From assembly GCA_965249485.1 (NCBI GenBank), contig OZ252239.1, forward strand, positions 544,001-608,000: a stretch of 64,000 bases of DNA, read 5' to 3'. The notes below the pieces were generated by a model. The model ran no database searches. It had not been told where the DNA came from and was given only the letters and a program-made list of their open reading frames with translations. Position numbers and translations under genes: made by a program. Shown here one piece after another: positions 31,073 to 42,168 of the stretch; position 1 is the stretch's first letter; each line of letters starts with the position of its first letter. The stretch is from a bacterium (lineage in GTDB: Bacteria > SM23-31).

Positions 31073-32039
31073 TTTTCATAACCATTTTTATCCCCCGAAA
31101 TATCTGGAAGCGGTAAAAAAAGGACCCAGCTCTATAAAAATTACTTTTGACGATCAGGAGAATCCCCTGCTCCACTATCCCGGCGATTATAATATTATCG
31201 TTCCTGCGCACCGTGATATCAATCTCAGAACTGAAATACTCGATAAGACTGGTATCGATAAGCAGGTGTTGACGTTTACTTCACCGGGCACACATATCGA
31301 AACTCCTGAGCGGGCTGTAGAACTTGCATCTATGGTGAACGATATTTTTGCAGATATCATTAACCAGCATGACGATCACTTTACCGCATTGGCAACACTT
31401 CCCTTAAATGACCCTGAAGCATCGGTGCATGAACTTGAGAGAGCTGTAAATAAGCTAGGATTTAAAGGTGCAATGCTTTTCAGTAATGTAAACGGCACTG
31501 CTTTGAGTGATCAATGCTATTTGCCCCTCTATGAAAAAGCTCATGAACTCAATGTCGTATTTTATATCCACCCCATCCACCCGGTCGGCGTTGAAGCGAT
31601 GACAGACTACTGGCTCATGCCTCTGGTTGGATTTACTTTTGACACGACACTTGCAGCAGCAAAACTTGTATTCAGTGGTGTTGCAGAGAAATTCCCCGGA
31701 ATCACCTGGGTATTGGCACATCTCGGCGGTGCAATTCCGTATCTTGCCGAACGTCTTGACAGAGGGTATGAAGTATTTTCAGAGTGCCGCGAGAATATTA
31801 GTACACTGCCGAGTCAGCAGTTGAAGAAATTTTATTACGACACTGTCAATTTTGATCTCAACTGCCTACAGCTTGCGATTGATTTTGCAGGTGTCGATCA
31901 TATACTGGCCGGGAGTGACTATCCCCACCAGATTGGCAGTCTTGAAAAAATGGTTGATAGTATTAACTCTCTTGATCTTTCATCGAGCGAAAAAGAAGCG
32001 ATCTTCGGAGGGAATACAGCACGATTACTCGGTTTGTAG
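31059..32039 (+). CDS. Amidohydrolase_2 family protein (ACMSD-like decarboxylase/hydratase)
   Basis: ATG 31059 overlaps permease end; IDFHNH, YIHP, AHLGG, GSDYPH. Confidence 0.88.
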   Translation: MQIIDFHNHFYPPKYLEAVKKGPSSIKITFDDQENPLLHYPGDYNIIVPAHRDINLRTEILDKTGIDKQVLTFTSPGTHIETPERAVELASMVNDIFADIINQHDDHFTALATLPLNDPEASVHELERAVNKLGFKGAMLFSNVNGTALSDQCYLPLYEKAHELNVVFYIHPIHPVGVEAMTDYWLMPLVGFTFDTTLAAAKLVFSGVAEKFPGITWVLAHLGGAIPYLAERLDRGYEVFSECRENISTLPSQQLKKFYYDTVNFDLNCLQLAIDFAGVDHILAGSDYPHQIGSLEKMVDSINSLDLSSSEKEAIFGGNTARLLGL

Positions 32040-32056
32040 TGCCCTGAAAACATTTC

Positions 32057-34078
32057 TTATCGGACTAACACCAATTTAATGACATCGGTAAAATTGTTAG
32101 CGGTCATTCGGGCAAAGTAGATTCCCCCTGCTACTGATCTTCCAGCGTTATTTGTTCCATCCCACGGGGATCTATAAACACCCTGTGCAAGCGTTTCACT
32201 AACCACGGTTTTAATTTCTTGTCCGGTTACCGAGTAAATTTTTGATGTTACATGAGCTGTGATTCTTGTTTTAAAATGAACCGTTGTTGAAGGATTGAAC
32301 GGATTTGGAAAATTCGGGAGGAGCGTGAAGAACTCAGGAGTTACCGGTGGCCGCGATACATCAACATCTATTTCTTTCAAGACTTTATTCGAATCGTCCA
32401 GAGTAACATGAAATGGTTCCTCATCTACCGTAAAAGTGTACTCCTGATGGCGTGAATCGTTTGTAACAGAAAAAACCTCCGATTTTCCATCCAATGTTTC
32501 TACAAAGATATCCAACGGCATTTGATACACAATCCCGCTCTGGGTCTGATCTATTGTCACCTTTACATTATGTACAGATTCGTTATTGAGAACATTCCAA
32601 CCTATCTGATAGTGAGGCCGACCTTCACTATATACCCACTGATCAAAGAACCAGCTGAGGCTTGTTCCGTATTCCCGCTCTGCAACTTCCTGAAAATCAT
32701 CTGTAACAACTGTGCTGTATTGAAACGCAGGATCGGAAGCGTAAGATCTGAGTATCCTGAAGAACGCGACATCACCTACAACAGTGCGGAGCATATGGAG
32801 AACCCATGCCCCTTTGTCAAAAGCAACGTCGGCAAGAATCGTTTCCGCGCTGCTGGTATTGTCTCTGATGAGACCCCCCCATTCATCTTCTGGTGCTGTA
32901 ATGGCTATCATAAAATCTTTAAGAGCTAATTTCCCGCTACGTGCTTCAATATAAAGTGCTTCCGAATAGGTCGCAAATCCTTCGTTCAGCCATATATGTT
33001 CCCAACCCCGGCATGTAATCATATCACCCCACCACTGATGTGCAAGCTCGTGTGACACAAGAAATTCGCTTGGCCCGAGACGAGGAACGTTAAGGCTGAC
33101 TGCTGTTTGATGCTCCATACCACCTCCGGCACCGAACTCAACCTGTGCATATTTTTCATCAATAAACGGATATGGACCAAAGAGACCGGTAAACACTTCG
33201 AGCATATCTCCGGTTTTTTGAAACGCTGATGCGGGGCCGAAAGCACTTTCAGCTTTTTCTTTTGTCACATAGAACTCAATTGGCAGCGAATCTCCATCAG
33301 CCGTTACAAAATAGTCTCTCCGGAAATCATAATCGGCCACCGCAAGTGAGACAAGATAGCTGGCTATGGGATACCCTTCATGCCAGGCAAATGTCCGCGT
33401 TCCATTACCGTTTTCAATGACATTCTTCAGGATTCCGTTTGAAACGGCGGTGAGATCCTCCGATACAGTTATAATAACATCGACTGAATCGGCTTTATCT
33501 TCGGGGAGGTCTTTACACGGCCACCAGGTATGAGCAAAAAACGGCTGGCTCAAATTCCAGATCAACGGTCGGCCGTCTTCACTATTGCTAAAAATGAATG
33601 AGCCGAGCCCCTCAGGCTGTGGTGTTCCATTATAAGAAATTGAAATAGTTGTATGATCGTCGATTTCCATTGTTGACGTCAATATTATTGTCAGAATATC
33701 CTGCCCATGAGTAAATGTATCAATTCCGGCACCTGAAACTGCGGTTACTTCCAGATTGTTGGAGAGATCGAGTACGATGTTCGCGAGCTCAGGCACTTCA
33801 CTTTTCAGTGTAATATCGAGAACTCCGTCAATAGTTTCCGTATCCGGATTGATTTCAATATCCAATCTATAATAAAGTACGTCGAACATCCTTTGTTGCT
33901 CTAGATTTCCGGGATCGAGATGTGTTCTGCTGTTTATATTTTTTGCGAGAAGCGATTTTTCAGCATTTCGAAAAGAATGAAAATCATCAGGAAGAGTTTG
34001 GGAATATGCCGGAGACGTATAGAAAACAGAGTATACAAGCATGATTGAGAGGAGTGTCTGTGATAATGAGCGCATCAT
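32057..34078 (-). CDS. Secreted M1-family aminopeptidase with FlgD-Ig/T9SS type A-like C-terminal domain
   Basis: Signal peptide; GGMEH, HELAHQWWGD, WLNEGFATY; CTD NFPNPFNP...IYSVTGQEIK...WDGTN...GIYF...KLVLVR. Confidence 0.9.
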   Translation of the reverse strand: MMRSLSQTLLSIMLVYSVFYTSPAYSQTLPDDFHSFRNAEKSLLAKNINSRTHLDPGNLEQQRMFDVLYYRLDIEINPDTETIDGVLDITLKSEVPELANIVLDLSNNLEVTAVSGAGIDTFTHGQDILTIILTSTMEIDDHTTISISYNGTPQPEGLGSFIFSNSEDGRPLIWNLSQPFFAHTWWPCKDLPEDKADSVDVIITVSEDLTAVSNGILKNVIENGNGTRTFAWHEGYPIASYLVSLAVADYDFRRDYFVTADGDSLPIEFYVTKEKAESAFGPASAFQKTGDMLEVFTGLFGPYPFIDEKYAQVEFGAGGGMEHQTAVSLNVPRLGPSEFLVSHELAHQWWGDMITCRGWEHIWLNEGFATYSEALYIEARSGKLALKDFMIAITAPEDEWGGLIRDNTSSAETILADVAFDKGAWVLHMLRTVVGDVAFFRILRSYASDPAFQYSTVVTDDFQEVAEREYGTSLSWFFDQWVYSEGRPHYQIGWNVLNNESVHNVKVTIDQTQSGIVYQMPLDIFVETLDGKSEVFSVTNDSRHQEYTFTVDEEPFHVTLDDSNKVLKEIDVDVSRPPVTPEFFTLLPNFPNPFNPSTTVHFKTRITAHVTSKIYSVTGQEIKTVVSETLAQGVYRSPWDGTNNAGRSVAGGIYFARMTANNFTDVIKLVLVR

Positions 34079-34090
34079 TTCGTTAATAAT

Positions 34091-35245
34091 TTACGCTAGA
34101 AGCTTTATAAGTGTGTCGGCTGCACGGCCGGATGCTCCGGGCTCACCGAGGAGAGAAGATGTTGTGTTCAGAGTGGACTTAACATCGTTATAATATGATG
34201 TGTCAGAGAGAAATCTGTTTAATTCATGTGAGATTTTATCCGGACTTGCATCGTGCTGAATAAGTTCGGGAACCACTTTTCTATTGTGAATGATATTGAC
34301 CATTCCAATATAGGGAAGCGAGACCATCCGCTTTGCAAGAGCATAGGTGAGCTGCGACATTTTATAAACAATAACCATCGGCGTTCCTGCGATTCCTGTT
34401 TCAAGCGTTGCGGTTCCTGACGACACGACAACGGCGGTACTGTGAAACATGCAATCATAAACCTCACTGACCAGTAAGGGAGGTTTGTCTTTTGCTTTTA
34501 GAAATCCCGTATAGACTGATTCGTCAATATGGGGTGCTTTCCCTATCAATATCTGCATACTATTTTTATCAACGGACATTTTCTCCATCGCTTCGAGCAG
34601 CGGCGGCAAATGGCGGATAATCTCCTGATTCCTGCTGCCTGGTAGAAGAGAAATTACCGGTTTTTCAGGATCGAGGCCGTATTTCCGGAAAAATTCATCA
34701 CGGGAGTTCGCCGGTTTGACCACATCGAGCAGCGGGTGTCCGACAAATTCGACATTCATACCGGTGCTCTTGTATAATTCTACTTCAAATTCAAATACTA
34801 CCACCATAACATCAACTGACTTCGCAATAATTTTGATTCTGTTTTTCTTCCATGCCCAGACCTGCGGAGAAATGTAATACATAATTTTAATATTCGTGCC
34901 GAACCGGTTGCGGATCTTCTTTGCAAGGCGAATGTTGAATCCGGGATAGTCGATGAGCACAACTGCATCCGGTTTACGTTCTGCAATTTCATTAAGAAGA
35001 GTCCGGAAGACTTTCTGAATAAAAGGTAAGTGTTTTACCACTTCGGTAAAACCGAGTATTGCCATTTTATTTACATGAAACAGAATTTCCATACCCTGTT
35101 TCCGCATCATATCCCCACCAATTCCAAAGAGTACGGCCTGCGGGATGTGCTTCTTCAAATCTTCAATAACTGCAGCACCGTGAATATCTCCCGAGGTTTC
35201 ACCGGCAATAAGGGCAATTGTTTTTATTGTACGCTCACTCGTCAT
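34091..35245 (-). CDS. lpxB: Lipid-A-disaccharide synthase
   Basis: AGETSGD, IDYPGFN, YISPQVWAW, FVGHP, LPGSR, SGTATLE. Confidence 0.96.
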   Translation of the reverse strand: MTSERTIKTIALIAGETSGDIHGAAVIEDLKKHIPQAVLFGIGGDMMRKQGMEILFHVNKMAILGFTEVVKHLPFIQKVFRTLLNEIAERKPDAVVLIDYPGFNIRLAKKIRNRFGTNIKIMYYISPQVWAWKKNRIKIIAKSVDVMVVVFEFEVELYKSTGMNVEFVGHPLLDVVKPANSRDEFFRKYGLDPEKPVISLLPGSRNQEIIRHLPPLLEAMEKMSVDKNSMQILIGKAPHIDESVYTGFLKAKDKPPLLVSEVYDCMFHSTAVVVSSGTATLETGIAGTPMVIVYKMSQLTYALAKRMVSLPYIGMVNIIHNRKVVPELIQHDASPDKISHELNRFLSDTSYYNDVKSTLNTTSSLLGEPGASGRAADTLIKLLA

Positions 35246-35274
35246 AACGAATATTATCGATAATGTAAAACAGA

Positions 35275-35303
35275 TGTATAGCTAACGTCTTGTAATATGT
35301 CAA
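35275..35303 (-). promoter_or_regulatory. sigma70-type promoter for lpxB
   Basis: TTGACA-N17-TATACA on minus strand. Confidence 0.55.
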
Positions 35304-35527
35304 ATTTTATTAAAAAATCAATGTTCATTTACGGTCGACGCGGAATCGAAATATATGAAAAATACCTGAATGGTATGTTTTTTGCATTTTACCGGTCTTG
35401 AATTTTTCAGTGAGTATTTAATTAAAACAGACGGTAAAATTCTCAATAACAGGATTTTCCTTTCAGAAATTAATAATTTTTTACATTTAAGGATGCAAAT
35501 CTCTTTAGTAATAATATGTGACAAGCG

Positions 35528-37445
35528 ATGAATATAATACAATATGTTAAAGTAACTCCTGTACTTCTGATGGTGTGCTTAAATTTCAGTACTCTCTTTG
35601 CACAATCTGATGACGAATGCTTTGATTGCCACAACGATCCTGATCTCTATTCAGAAACCTCAGAGGGTGAAATTATATCCGCCTTTATCCATTGGAGATC
35701 GTTATACTCAGGATGTCCATTTTGACATGGGCCTTAAATGTATAAGCTGCCATGCAGATATTTCTGAAATTCCGCATGAAGACGACACCGAACCGGTCGA
35801 GTGCGCGGTCTGTCACGATGAAGTTGAAGCTGAATTCCGGACAAGCTACCACGGATATATTCAGGACCGGAATAACCCGAATGCTCCAAACTGTATAAGC
35901 TGTCATGGAAAACATCCTGTGCTACCGTCTACACACGAAGACTCACCGGTAAATGCGTTCAATCAACCACAAACATGCGGAATCTGTCACGGCAATTTTG
36001 AGCTGAAACTCGATCCGGAAATCCGGAGTGCACGAACGGTTCAGATATACCTTGGGAGTATTCACGGCAAAAATCTTATCAACGGTTTGGAAGCTGCTGC
36101 TTCGTGCAACGACTGCCACGGGATTCATGATCTGACAGGCGCTGCTGATACTGCTTCACCGGTTAACAGGCGTAATATTCCCGAAACGTGCTCACAGTGT
36201 CATGGAGATGTTTATTACAGCTATATCAACAGCATACACGGAAAAGCGCTGAAGGCCGGCATTATGGATTCTCCTGTCTGCACCGATTGTCATGGTGAAC
36301 ATTCGATAATGTCGACGATTGATCCTGAGTCACCGACCTTTAACATGGCACTTTCCGAGCAAATATGTGCTGACTGCCACGAAAATCCAAGTATTATACA
36401 GAAATATGGTCTGCCCGGTGAGACGTTGAAGACCTATCAGGAAAGTTACCACGGTATGGCAAACGCTAAAGGGTCTGAAGAAGCGGCAACGTGTGTCAGC
36501 TGCCACGGGTCGCACTTGATTTTGCCGCAGACAAATCCAAACTCCACTATCCATGTGGATAATGTCGGAGAAACGTGCAGCAGTTGTCATCCAAACGCAG
36601 ATTTGAAATTTGCAACGAGCTATTCTCACACAGCTCTCAGAGAAGAAGAAAACGGCCTCAACACTTTCGTTCGTAATATGTACTTGCTGCTTATCGCACT
36701 AACGGTCGGCGGAATGCTCATCCATAATACAACTATTATGAGCAAATATATCAGGGCAAAGTATTATGCAGGTGAATATACCGATAAGGTTAAGCGTTTC
36801 GACAAGCATACAATTGTACAGCATATTCTATTAACAGTCTCATTTACTCTGCTTGTCGTTACCGGTTTTGCTCTGAAATTTCCCGATACATGGTGGATCA
36901 AATTCCTTACAATAATAGGCCTTTCGGAGGATGTACGGGGTATTCTCCACCGGACTGCAGCGGTAATTATGGTGCTGACATCGATGTATCATATTAACTA
37001 TCTGTTTTTTACTATCAAGGGAAGAAAAGAGTTAAAATTTCTTATGCTGCGTGGACAGGATTTAAAGGATATAAAAACAAACCTCCTCTATCATATGGGA
37101 AAATCAAACAGGAAACCTGAATATGACAAATATGATTACACTGAAAAAATTGAATATTGGGCACTTATCTGGGGTTCTGTTATTATGGTTGTAACCGGAT
37201 TCATTCTATGGTTTCCTACTTTTTTTGTTCAATTTCTCCCCTCGTGGACTATTACTCTTTCGGAGACGGTACACTATTACGAAGCTTGGCTTGCCACACT
37301 GGCAATTGTTGTCTGGCATTTCTTTTTTGTTATTTTTCATCCTGATGAATATCCGATGAGTATGACCTGGCTGACCGGGCGGATGAGCGATAAAGAAGCA
37401 CAACACAAGCATAGTATTTGGTATAAAAAAATGAAAAAGAAATAA
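35528..37445 (+). CDS. CbcL-like multiheme cytochrome c / FdnI-type cytochrome b fusion, frameshifted
   Basis: Signal peptide and CFDCH in the 35528 frame; +1 shift near 35686-35693; 10 further CxxCH; C-terminal TM domain with His ligands (QHILL, LHRTAA, VHYYEAW, VWHFF). Confidence 0.85.
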
Positions 37446-37664
37446 TTTTCTTGACGAACGGTTACTGAGAACGTTTTATTGTTCAAATTCAAATTTCATA
37501 TACTAATACGATACGGAATAGTATCAAGAAAAAACAACCTTTACATTTTATGATTTTTGTGTAACTATTATATAATAGAAACATTTTTCATGGAATAACA
37601 ATCACCGTAGAGATGTATGTAATAATAGAAGACATATTTTTAATAAATTGTACAAGGTAATTAA

Positions 37665-38447
37665 ATGAAAAATGTTGCCAGATTTCTTTTTCTCAGTATA
37701 ATTTTATTATTACCAATGCAACTCTCAGCCCAGGAAGAGAAAAGTAAAAAAATTTCAATTGAAGCACAAAATGACACGCATACTGAAGAGACAACTGATC
37801 AGTCACCGCTTGGACGTACACACATGCAATTCAATAAAAGAGTCAACTATATTATTGCAAATACGAATACTCCAACGGCTATACAACCCGCAGCAGCTAT
37901 CAATTCCGGCCAGTTTCAGAACAGGGGATTATTAAACTCCGCTTTTCTCCGAAACACCATCGGCGTAAATTCAATTTTTTCACACAGGGTACAGCGGGAT
38001 TTTTATTTTGTCGGAGAGCTAGGTTATTTTTATGCTAACTCAATTCTCTCTCCCTCAAATCTTTCCAGTTTCCCTCAATCTGGCCGGTTACGTAATGTTT
38101 CAGAAGTTTCGCTTTATCCACTGTACTTCGGTTTTCGAAAGGGATTTTATTTAAATAACACTTCAATAAATCGGTATTATCCTTATATTGGCGCCGGAAT
38201 TGGTACAGCGCTTGGAATTGGAAGCAATACATCGCAAAATATATTTAAAAGCGATTTTGAAATCACCCCATCGGGTTATGTAACAGCCGGAACGGAGATT
38301 TATGCGTTCAAGAAAGTGTTTATTGATCTTGGTATACGGTACCGGTATCTGAATTTTGCCAATACGCTCGGTTTATGGAAAGATTTTAGCGGATTTTCCT
38401 TCAATATAGGATTTGGGTACGGTTTCGGTATGCGACTCCTCCGATAG
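37665..38447 (+). CDS. Exported protein, probable outer-membrane beta-barrel
   Basis: Signal peptide LSA-Q; YPYIGAGIG, DLGIRYRY, GFSFNIGFGYGF strands. Confidence 0.7.
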   Translation: MKNVARFLFLSIILLLPMQLSAQEEKSKKISIEAQNDTHTEETTDQSPLGRTHMQFNKRVNYIIANTNTPTAIQPAAAINSGQFQNRGLLNSAFLRNTIGVNSIFSHRVQRDFYFVGELGYFYANSILSPSNLSSFPQSGRLRNVSEVSLYPLYFGFRKGFYLNNTSINRYYPYIGAGIGTALGIGSNTSQNIFKSDFEITPSGYVTAGTEIYAFKKVFIDLGIRYRYLNFANTLGLWKDFSGFSFNIGFGYGFGMRLLR

Positions 38448-38730
38448 TATCGATTCGGAATTAGTTTTACCTCCATTACATTTTTCCTATCTTCTTATTT
38501 GCATTTCATTACTTACCTGGCACTCATAGACCATAATTTCTTGCAATGGTCGGATTCGGCGTTCTTATAATGGGAATCAGTATTAAGCGGTTTAAAAAAA
38601 GGCTTGAGTGACCGTGTACTCCTCTATTTCTCTTGATTCTTGACAAAAAAAATTATACACTGTTTTACTCTTTTATCCCACGTTAATAAACACTATTTTC
38701 ACATGTGATTTTCAGTTTATATGTGCTTTT

Positions 38731-40443
38731 ATGCTGAAACGTCTTGAAATACAAAACTATGCGATTATCGATCATCTGAGTGTCGAATTCGGTCCCGGAT
38801 TCAACATTCTTACCGGAGAAACCGGAGCGGGAAAATCGATTATTGTCGGCGCTCTTGGGCTTCTGCTCGGAGGACGTATATCCGTATCACAACTCAGAAA
38901 AGGTGCACAGCAAGGATATGTTGAAGGTGAATTTGATTTCTCACATTACAGAACAAATCCGACCCTTCAAGCCCGAACAGATGGTTTTTCAAATCAGTTC
39001 ACAATTAAACGGACATTTTCCGGAACCGGTGGCAACAAATGTTTTATCAACAATGAACAGGCAACCGTTCAGACTATTAAAGACCTCATGAGCGGGCTGG
39101 TCGATTTTCACGGACAGCACCAGCACCAATCGCTGTTAAATTCGGAAAATTATTATGAGATTCTCGACCGGTTCGGAGATACTTCGAAGATCGCTGAGGA
39201 GATATCCGAACTGCATACGTCCATAATGTCGTGCGTAAAAGAAAAGCGTGACCTTGAGAAAAAAGCAGATACCATCAGTGAAATGCAGGATTATCTGACG
39301 TTTCAACTGAAAGAGATAAATGAGGTCAATCCTCAGCCTGGTGAGGAAGAAGAGCTCGAGCAGGAATGGAAAATTCTCCAGAATGTAGAGAAGATCGTTT
39401 CAACCGCACAAGCTTGCTATAGAATGCTCTATGATGCGGACGGCTCTGCGTATGAGCAGATTCAACAGGCACAGCAATCACTCGAATCTATCCGGGAGTA
39501 TGATCCGCAGGTCCATACTCTCGAGCAGGACCTTGACACGGCATCTGTGAGTGTGGAAGAGGCGGCGCAGTTTCTCCAGAGAATGAGCGACGGCATCGAG
39601 TCGAATCCAGAACGGCTGGAAGAGATAAATCAACGGTTAATGACTCTACGGCAGCTCCAGAAGAAACATAAAACATCGATTGAAGGACTCCTCAAGAAGA
39701 AAGAAGAAATTGTAAACGATCTTAAAAGTGAATCTGACACATCCGAAAAAATAAATGAACTTGCCGAAACCATTAGAAAGATGCTGCAGGATTATTCCAA
39801 AGCAAGTATAAATCTATCACATTGCCGGACAAAAACAGCCGGAAATCTTCAAAAGAAAATCCTGGGTAAATTGAAAGCACTTGGGATGGATACATCTCTT
39901 CTGGATATATCAGTATTGCGGCGAGAAAAGCGAAACTTGAGTGATGGTTTCCTTACGGTTTCGGATAAGGGATATGTATATTCGGGAGATACTCACGGTA
40001 TCGATGAGATCTTTTTCAGAATTGCCACAGGAAAAGCCGAACAACTACTGCCAATTGCCGATATTGCTTCGGGCGGAGAGTTGAGTCGGTTGATGCTGGC
40101 AATTAAATCGTCTCTGATGCAGGCAGACCATGTTCCCACCCTGATATTCGATGAAGTCGATACAGGAATTTCCGGACGAATTGCCGCGGCAGTCGGCAAT
40201 GAACTCCACAATCTCGCACATTTCCACCAAATTTTGTGTATTACCCACCTACCTCAGATTGCCGCAAAGGCCGATCACCACTATTCCGTTGAAAAAATTG
40301 AGCGTGACACCCGGATTGTTACTCAGGTTGCCCATTTGGATGACGACAAAAGAAAACTTGAGATTGCAAAACTTCTGGCAGGAGAATCGGTTCTCGATAT
40401 TCATATAAGAAATGCTGAAGAGATGATAAAAAACAATGCATAG
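38731..40443 (+). CDS. recN: DNA repair protein RecN
   Basis: TGETGAGKS, HGQH, ASGGELSR, FDEVDTGISG, ITHLPQIAA. Confidence 0.96.
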   Translation: MLKRLEIQNYAIIDHLSVEFGPGFNILTGETGAGKSIIVGALGLLLGGRISVSQLRKGAQQGYVEGEFDFSHYRTNPTLQARTDGFSNQFTIKRTFSGTGGNKCFINNEQATVQTIKDLMSGLVDFHGQHQHQSLLNSENYYEILDRFGDTSKIAEEISELHTSIMSCVKEKRDLEKKADTISEMQDYLTFQLKEINEVNPQPGEEEELEQEWKILQNVEKIVSTAQACYRMLYDADGSAYEQIQQAQQSLESIREYDPQVHTLEQDLDTASVSVEEAAQFLQRMSDGIESNPERLEEINQRLMTLRQLQKKHKTSIEGLLKKKEEIVNDLKSESDTSEKINELAETIRKMLQDYSKASINLSHCRTKTAGNLQKKILGKLKALGMDTSLLDISVLRREKRNLSDGFLTVSDKGYVYSGDTHGIDEIFFRIATGKAEQLLPIADIASGGELSRLMLAIKSSLMQADHVPTLIFDEVDTGISGRIAAAVGNELHNLAHFHQILCITHLPQIAAKADHHYSVEKIERDTRIVTQVAHLDDDKRKLEIAKLLAGESVLDIHIRNAEEMIKNNA

Positions 40444-40473
40444 AGATGATTTAGCAGCAAAAATGGAACGATT

Positions 40474-41724
40474 ATGGATAAATTTGTAATAAACGGCGGC
40501 AATAAACTTATGGGAACTGTTGCTATCAGTGGTGCAAAAAATGCCGTTCTGCCACTTATGGCGGCAACTCTTCTGACAAGCGGTGAGAGCATTATAAAAA
40601 ATGTGCCAAAACTTCGTGATGTAACGACAATGGGTGCAATGCTCCAGAAACTCGGTGCAGAGGTTTCGTTAGAGAACGGTACACTGACAATCGACACATC
40701 CGGTGTTTCACATTGTGAAGCGCCATATGAGCTTGTTAAAACGATGCGTGCTTCAGTCTATGTACTCGGCCCTCTCCTTGCCCGTTTTGGAAAGGCGCGG
40801 GTATCACTGCCAGGAGGATGTGCCTGGGGTCCGAGACCGATCGATCTCCATCTATTCGGTTTCCGCAGACTGGGTGTCGACCTTGTTCTTGACCAGGGAT
40901 ATATTGATGCTCATACGACTCAATTAAGCGGCAATGAAATTGTGTTTGCAAAATCGAGTGTTGGTGCGACCGGCAATGTGTTGATGTGTGCCGTCCTTGC
41001 CGAGGGAACAACGATTATGCGCAATACTGCTCTGGAGCCCGAAATCACAGCACTTGTTGAGGGCCTCATTGCGATGGGTGCGAAAATTGACGGCGATGGT
41101 ACCGAAACGCTCACTATTCATGGTGTTTCTTCGCTTCAACCGCTTAACTCGACGGTTATTCCCGATCGTATCGAAGCCGGTACGTTTCTCATTGCCGGGG
41201 CTCTTACCGGCGGAAACATCACACTCAAAAATATCGACCCGTCTCACCTGACAGCCGTAACCGATGCTATGCAGTCGGCAGGCATCAAACTCACTATCGG
41301 AGAAACTATTTCTATAGAGGGCAATGGAGATATACAGCCAGTTGATATCCGCACCGATATCTATCCGGCATTTCCAACCGATATGCAAGCACAATGGATA
41401 GCACTGATGAGTATTGCGCAGGGCAAATGTGTTGTTGAGGATACTGTATTTCATGACCGATTCACCCATGTTGCCGAGCTGAACCGTTTTGGTGCATCGA
41501 TTTCGGTTGAAGCGAATAGAGCACATATTACCGGAGTTCACGGTCTAAAAGGAGCTCCTGTCATGTCTACCGATCTCAGAGCGAGTGCCAGCCTCATTCT
41601 CGCAGGATTACGGGCATCAGGAACAACCGAGGTTCATAGAATTTATCACATTGATAGAGGGTATGAGTCAATTGAGAAAAAGCTGCAGGAAATAGGGGCC
41701 GATATAAGGAGAATTTCTGCTTAA
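40474..41724 (+). CDS. murA: UDP-N-acetylglucosamine 1-carboxyvinyltransferase
   Basis: GAKNAVLP, MRAS, LPGGCAWGPRP, DRIEAGT, FPTDMQ, HIDRGYE. Confidence 0.97.
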   Translation: MDKFVINGGNKLMGTVAISGAKNAVLPLMAATLLTSGESIIKNVPKLRDVTTMGAMLQKLGAEVSLENGTLTIDTSGVSHCEAPYELVKTMRASVYVLGPLLARFGKARVSLPGGCAWGPRPIDLHLFGFRRLGVDLVLDQGYIDAHTTQLSGNEIVFAKSSVGATGNVLMCAVLAEGTTIMRNTALEPEITALVEGLIAMGAKIDGDGTETLTIHGVSSLQPLNSTVIPDRIEAGTFLIAGALTGGNITLKNIDPSHLTAVTDAMQSAGIKLTIGETISIEGNGDIQPVDIRTDIYPAFPTDMQAQWIALMSIAQGKCVVEDTVFHDRFTHVAELNRFGASISVEANRAHITGVHGLKGAPVMSTDLRASASLILAGLRASGTTEVHRIYHIDRGYESIEKKLQEIGADIRRISA

Positions 41725-41793
41725 TTTTCTGAGAATAATATTGAAATCTACATATCAGGCGAAAAATTATAAATAAAAGTAGAGAGGTATGCA

Positions 41794-42168
41794 TCAGTTG
41801 ATGCTATTACTCAAGGGGAGCACGTTATTGACTGCCTGATAAAATGTCCGCAAATCGAAGGGCTTTGAAAGAAAGTCTTTGACGCCAAGCTGAGAAAGTT
41901 TCGCTATATTTTCTTTGCTCAGATAAGCTGAAACAACGATTACCGGAACCGACTGATTTCGCTTTTTTAATATTGACATGACCTGTAATCCATCGAGTTT
42001 CGGCATATGGATGTCAAGAAGAACGACGTTGTAGTCCTTCTTTTTAAGAATCTGAAGCGCCTCTTCTCCATTTTCAGCTTCATCCACATCAATTTTCACT
42101 TTCTCTAAAATATTTCGGATTGCTATACGGGTTGATTGATCATCATCTACTACAAGTGCTTTCGGCAT
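41794..42168 (-). CDS. Single-domain response regulator (CheY-like receiver)
   Basis: ATG 42168: LVVDDD, LLDIHMPKLDG, VSA, KPF. Confidence 0.9.
   Translation of the reverse strand: MPKALVVDDDQSTRIAIRNILEKVKIDVDEAENGEEALQILKKKDYNVVLLDIHMPKLDGLQVMSILKKRNQSVPVIVVSAYLSKENIAKLSQLGVKDFLSKPFDLRTFYQAVNNVLPLSNSIN

Noticed and set aside
38690..38712. SOS box before recN (TCACATGTGA palindrome)
   Set aside because: Matches no LexA motif I know and is not repeated upstream of the DinG gene
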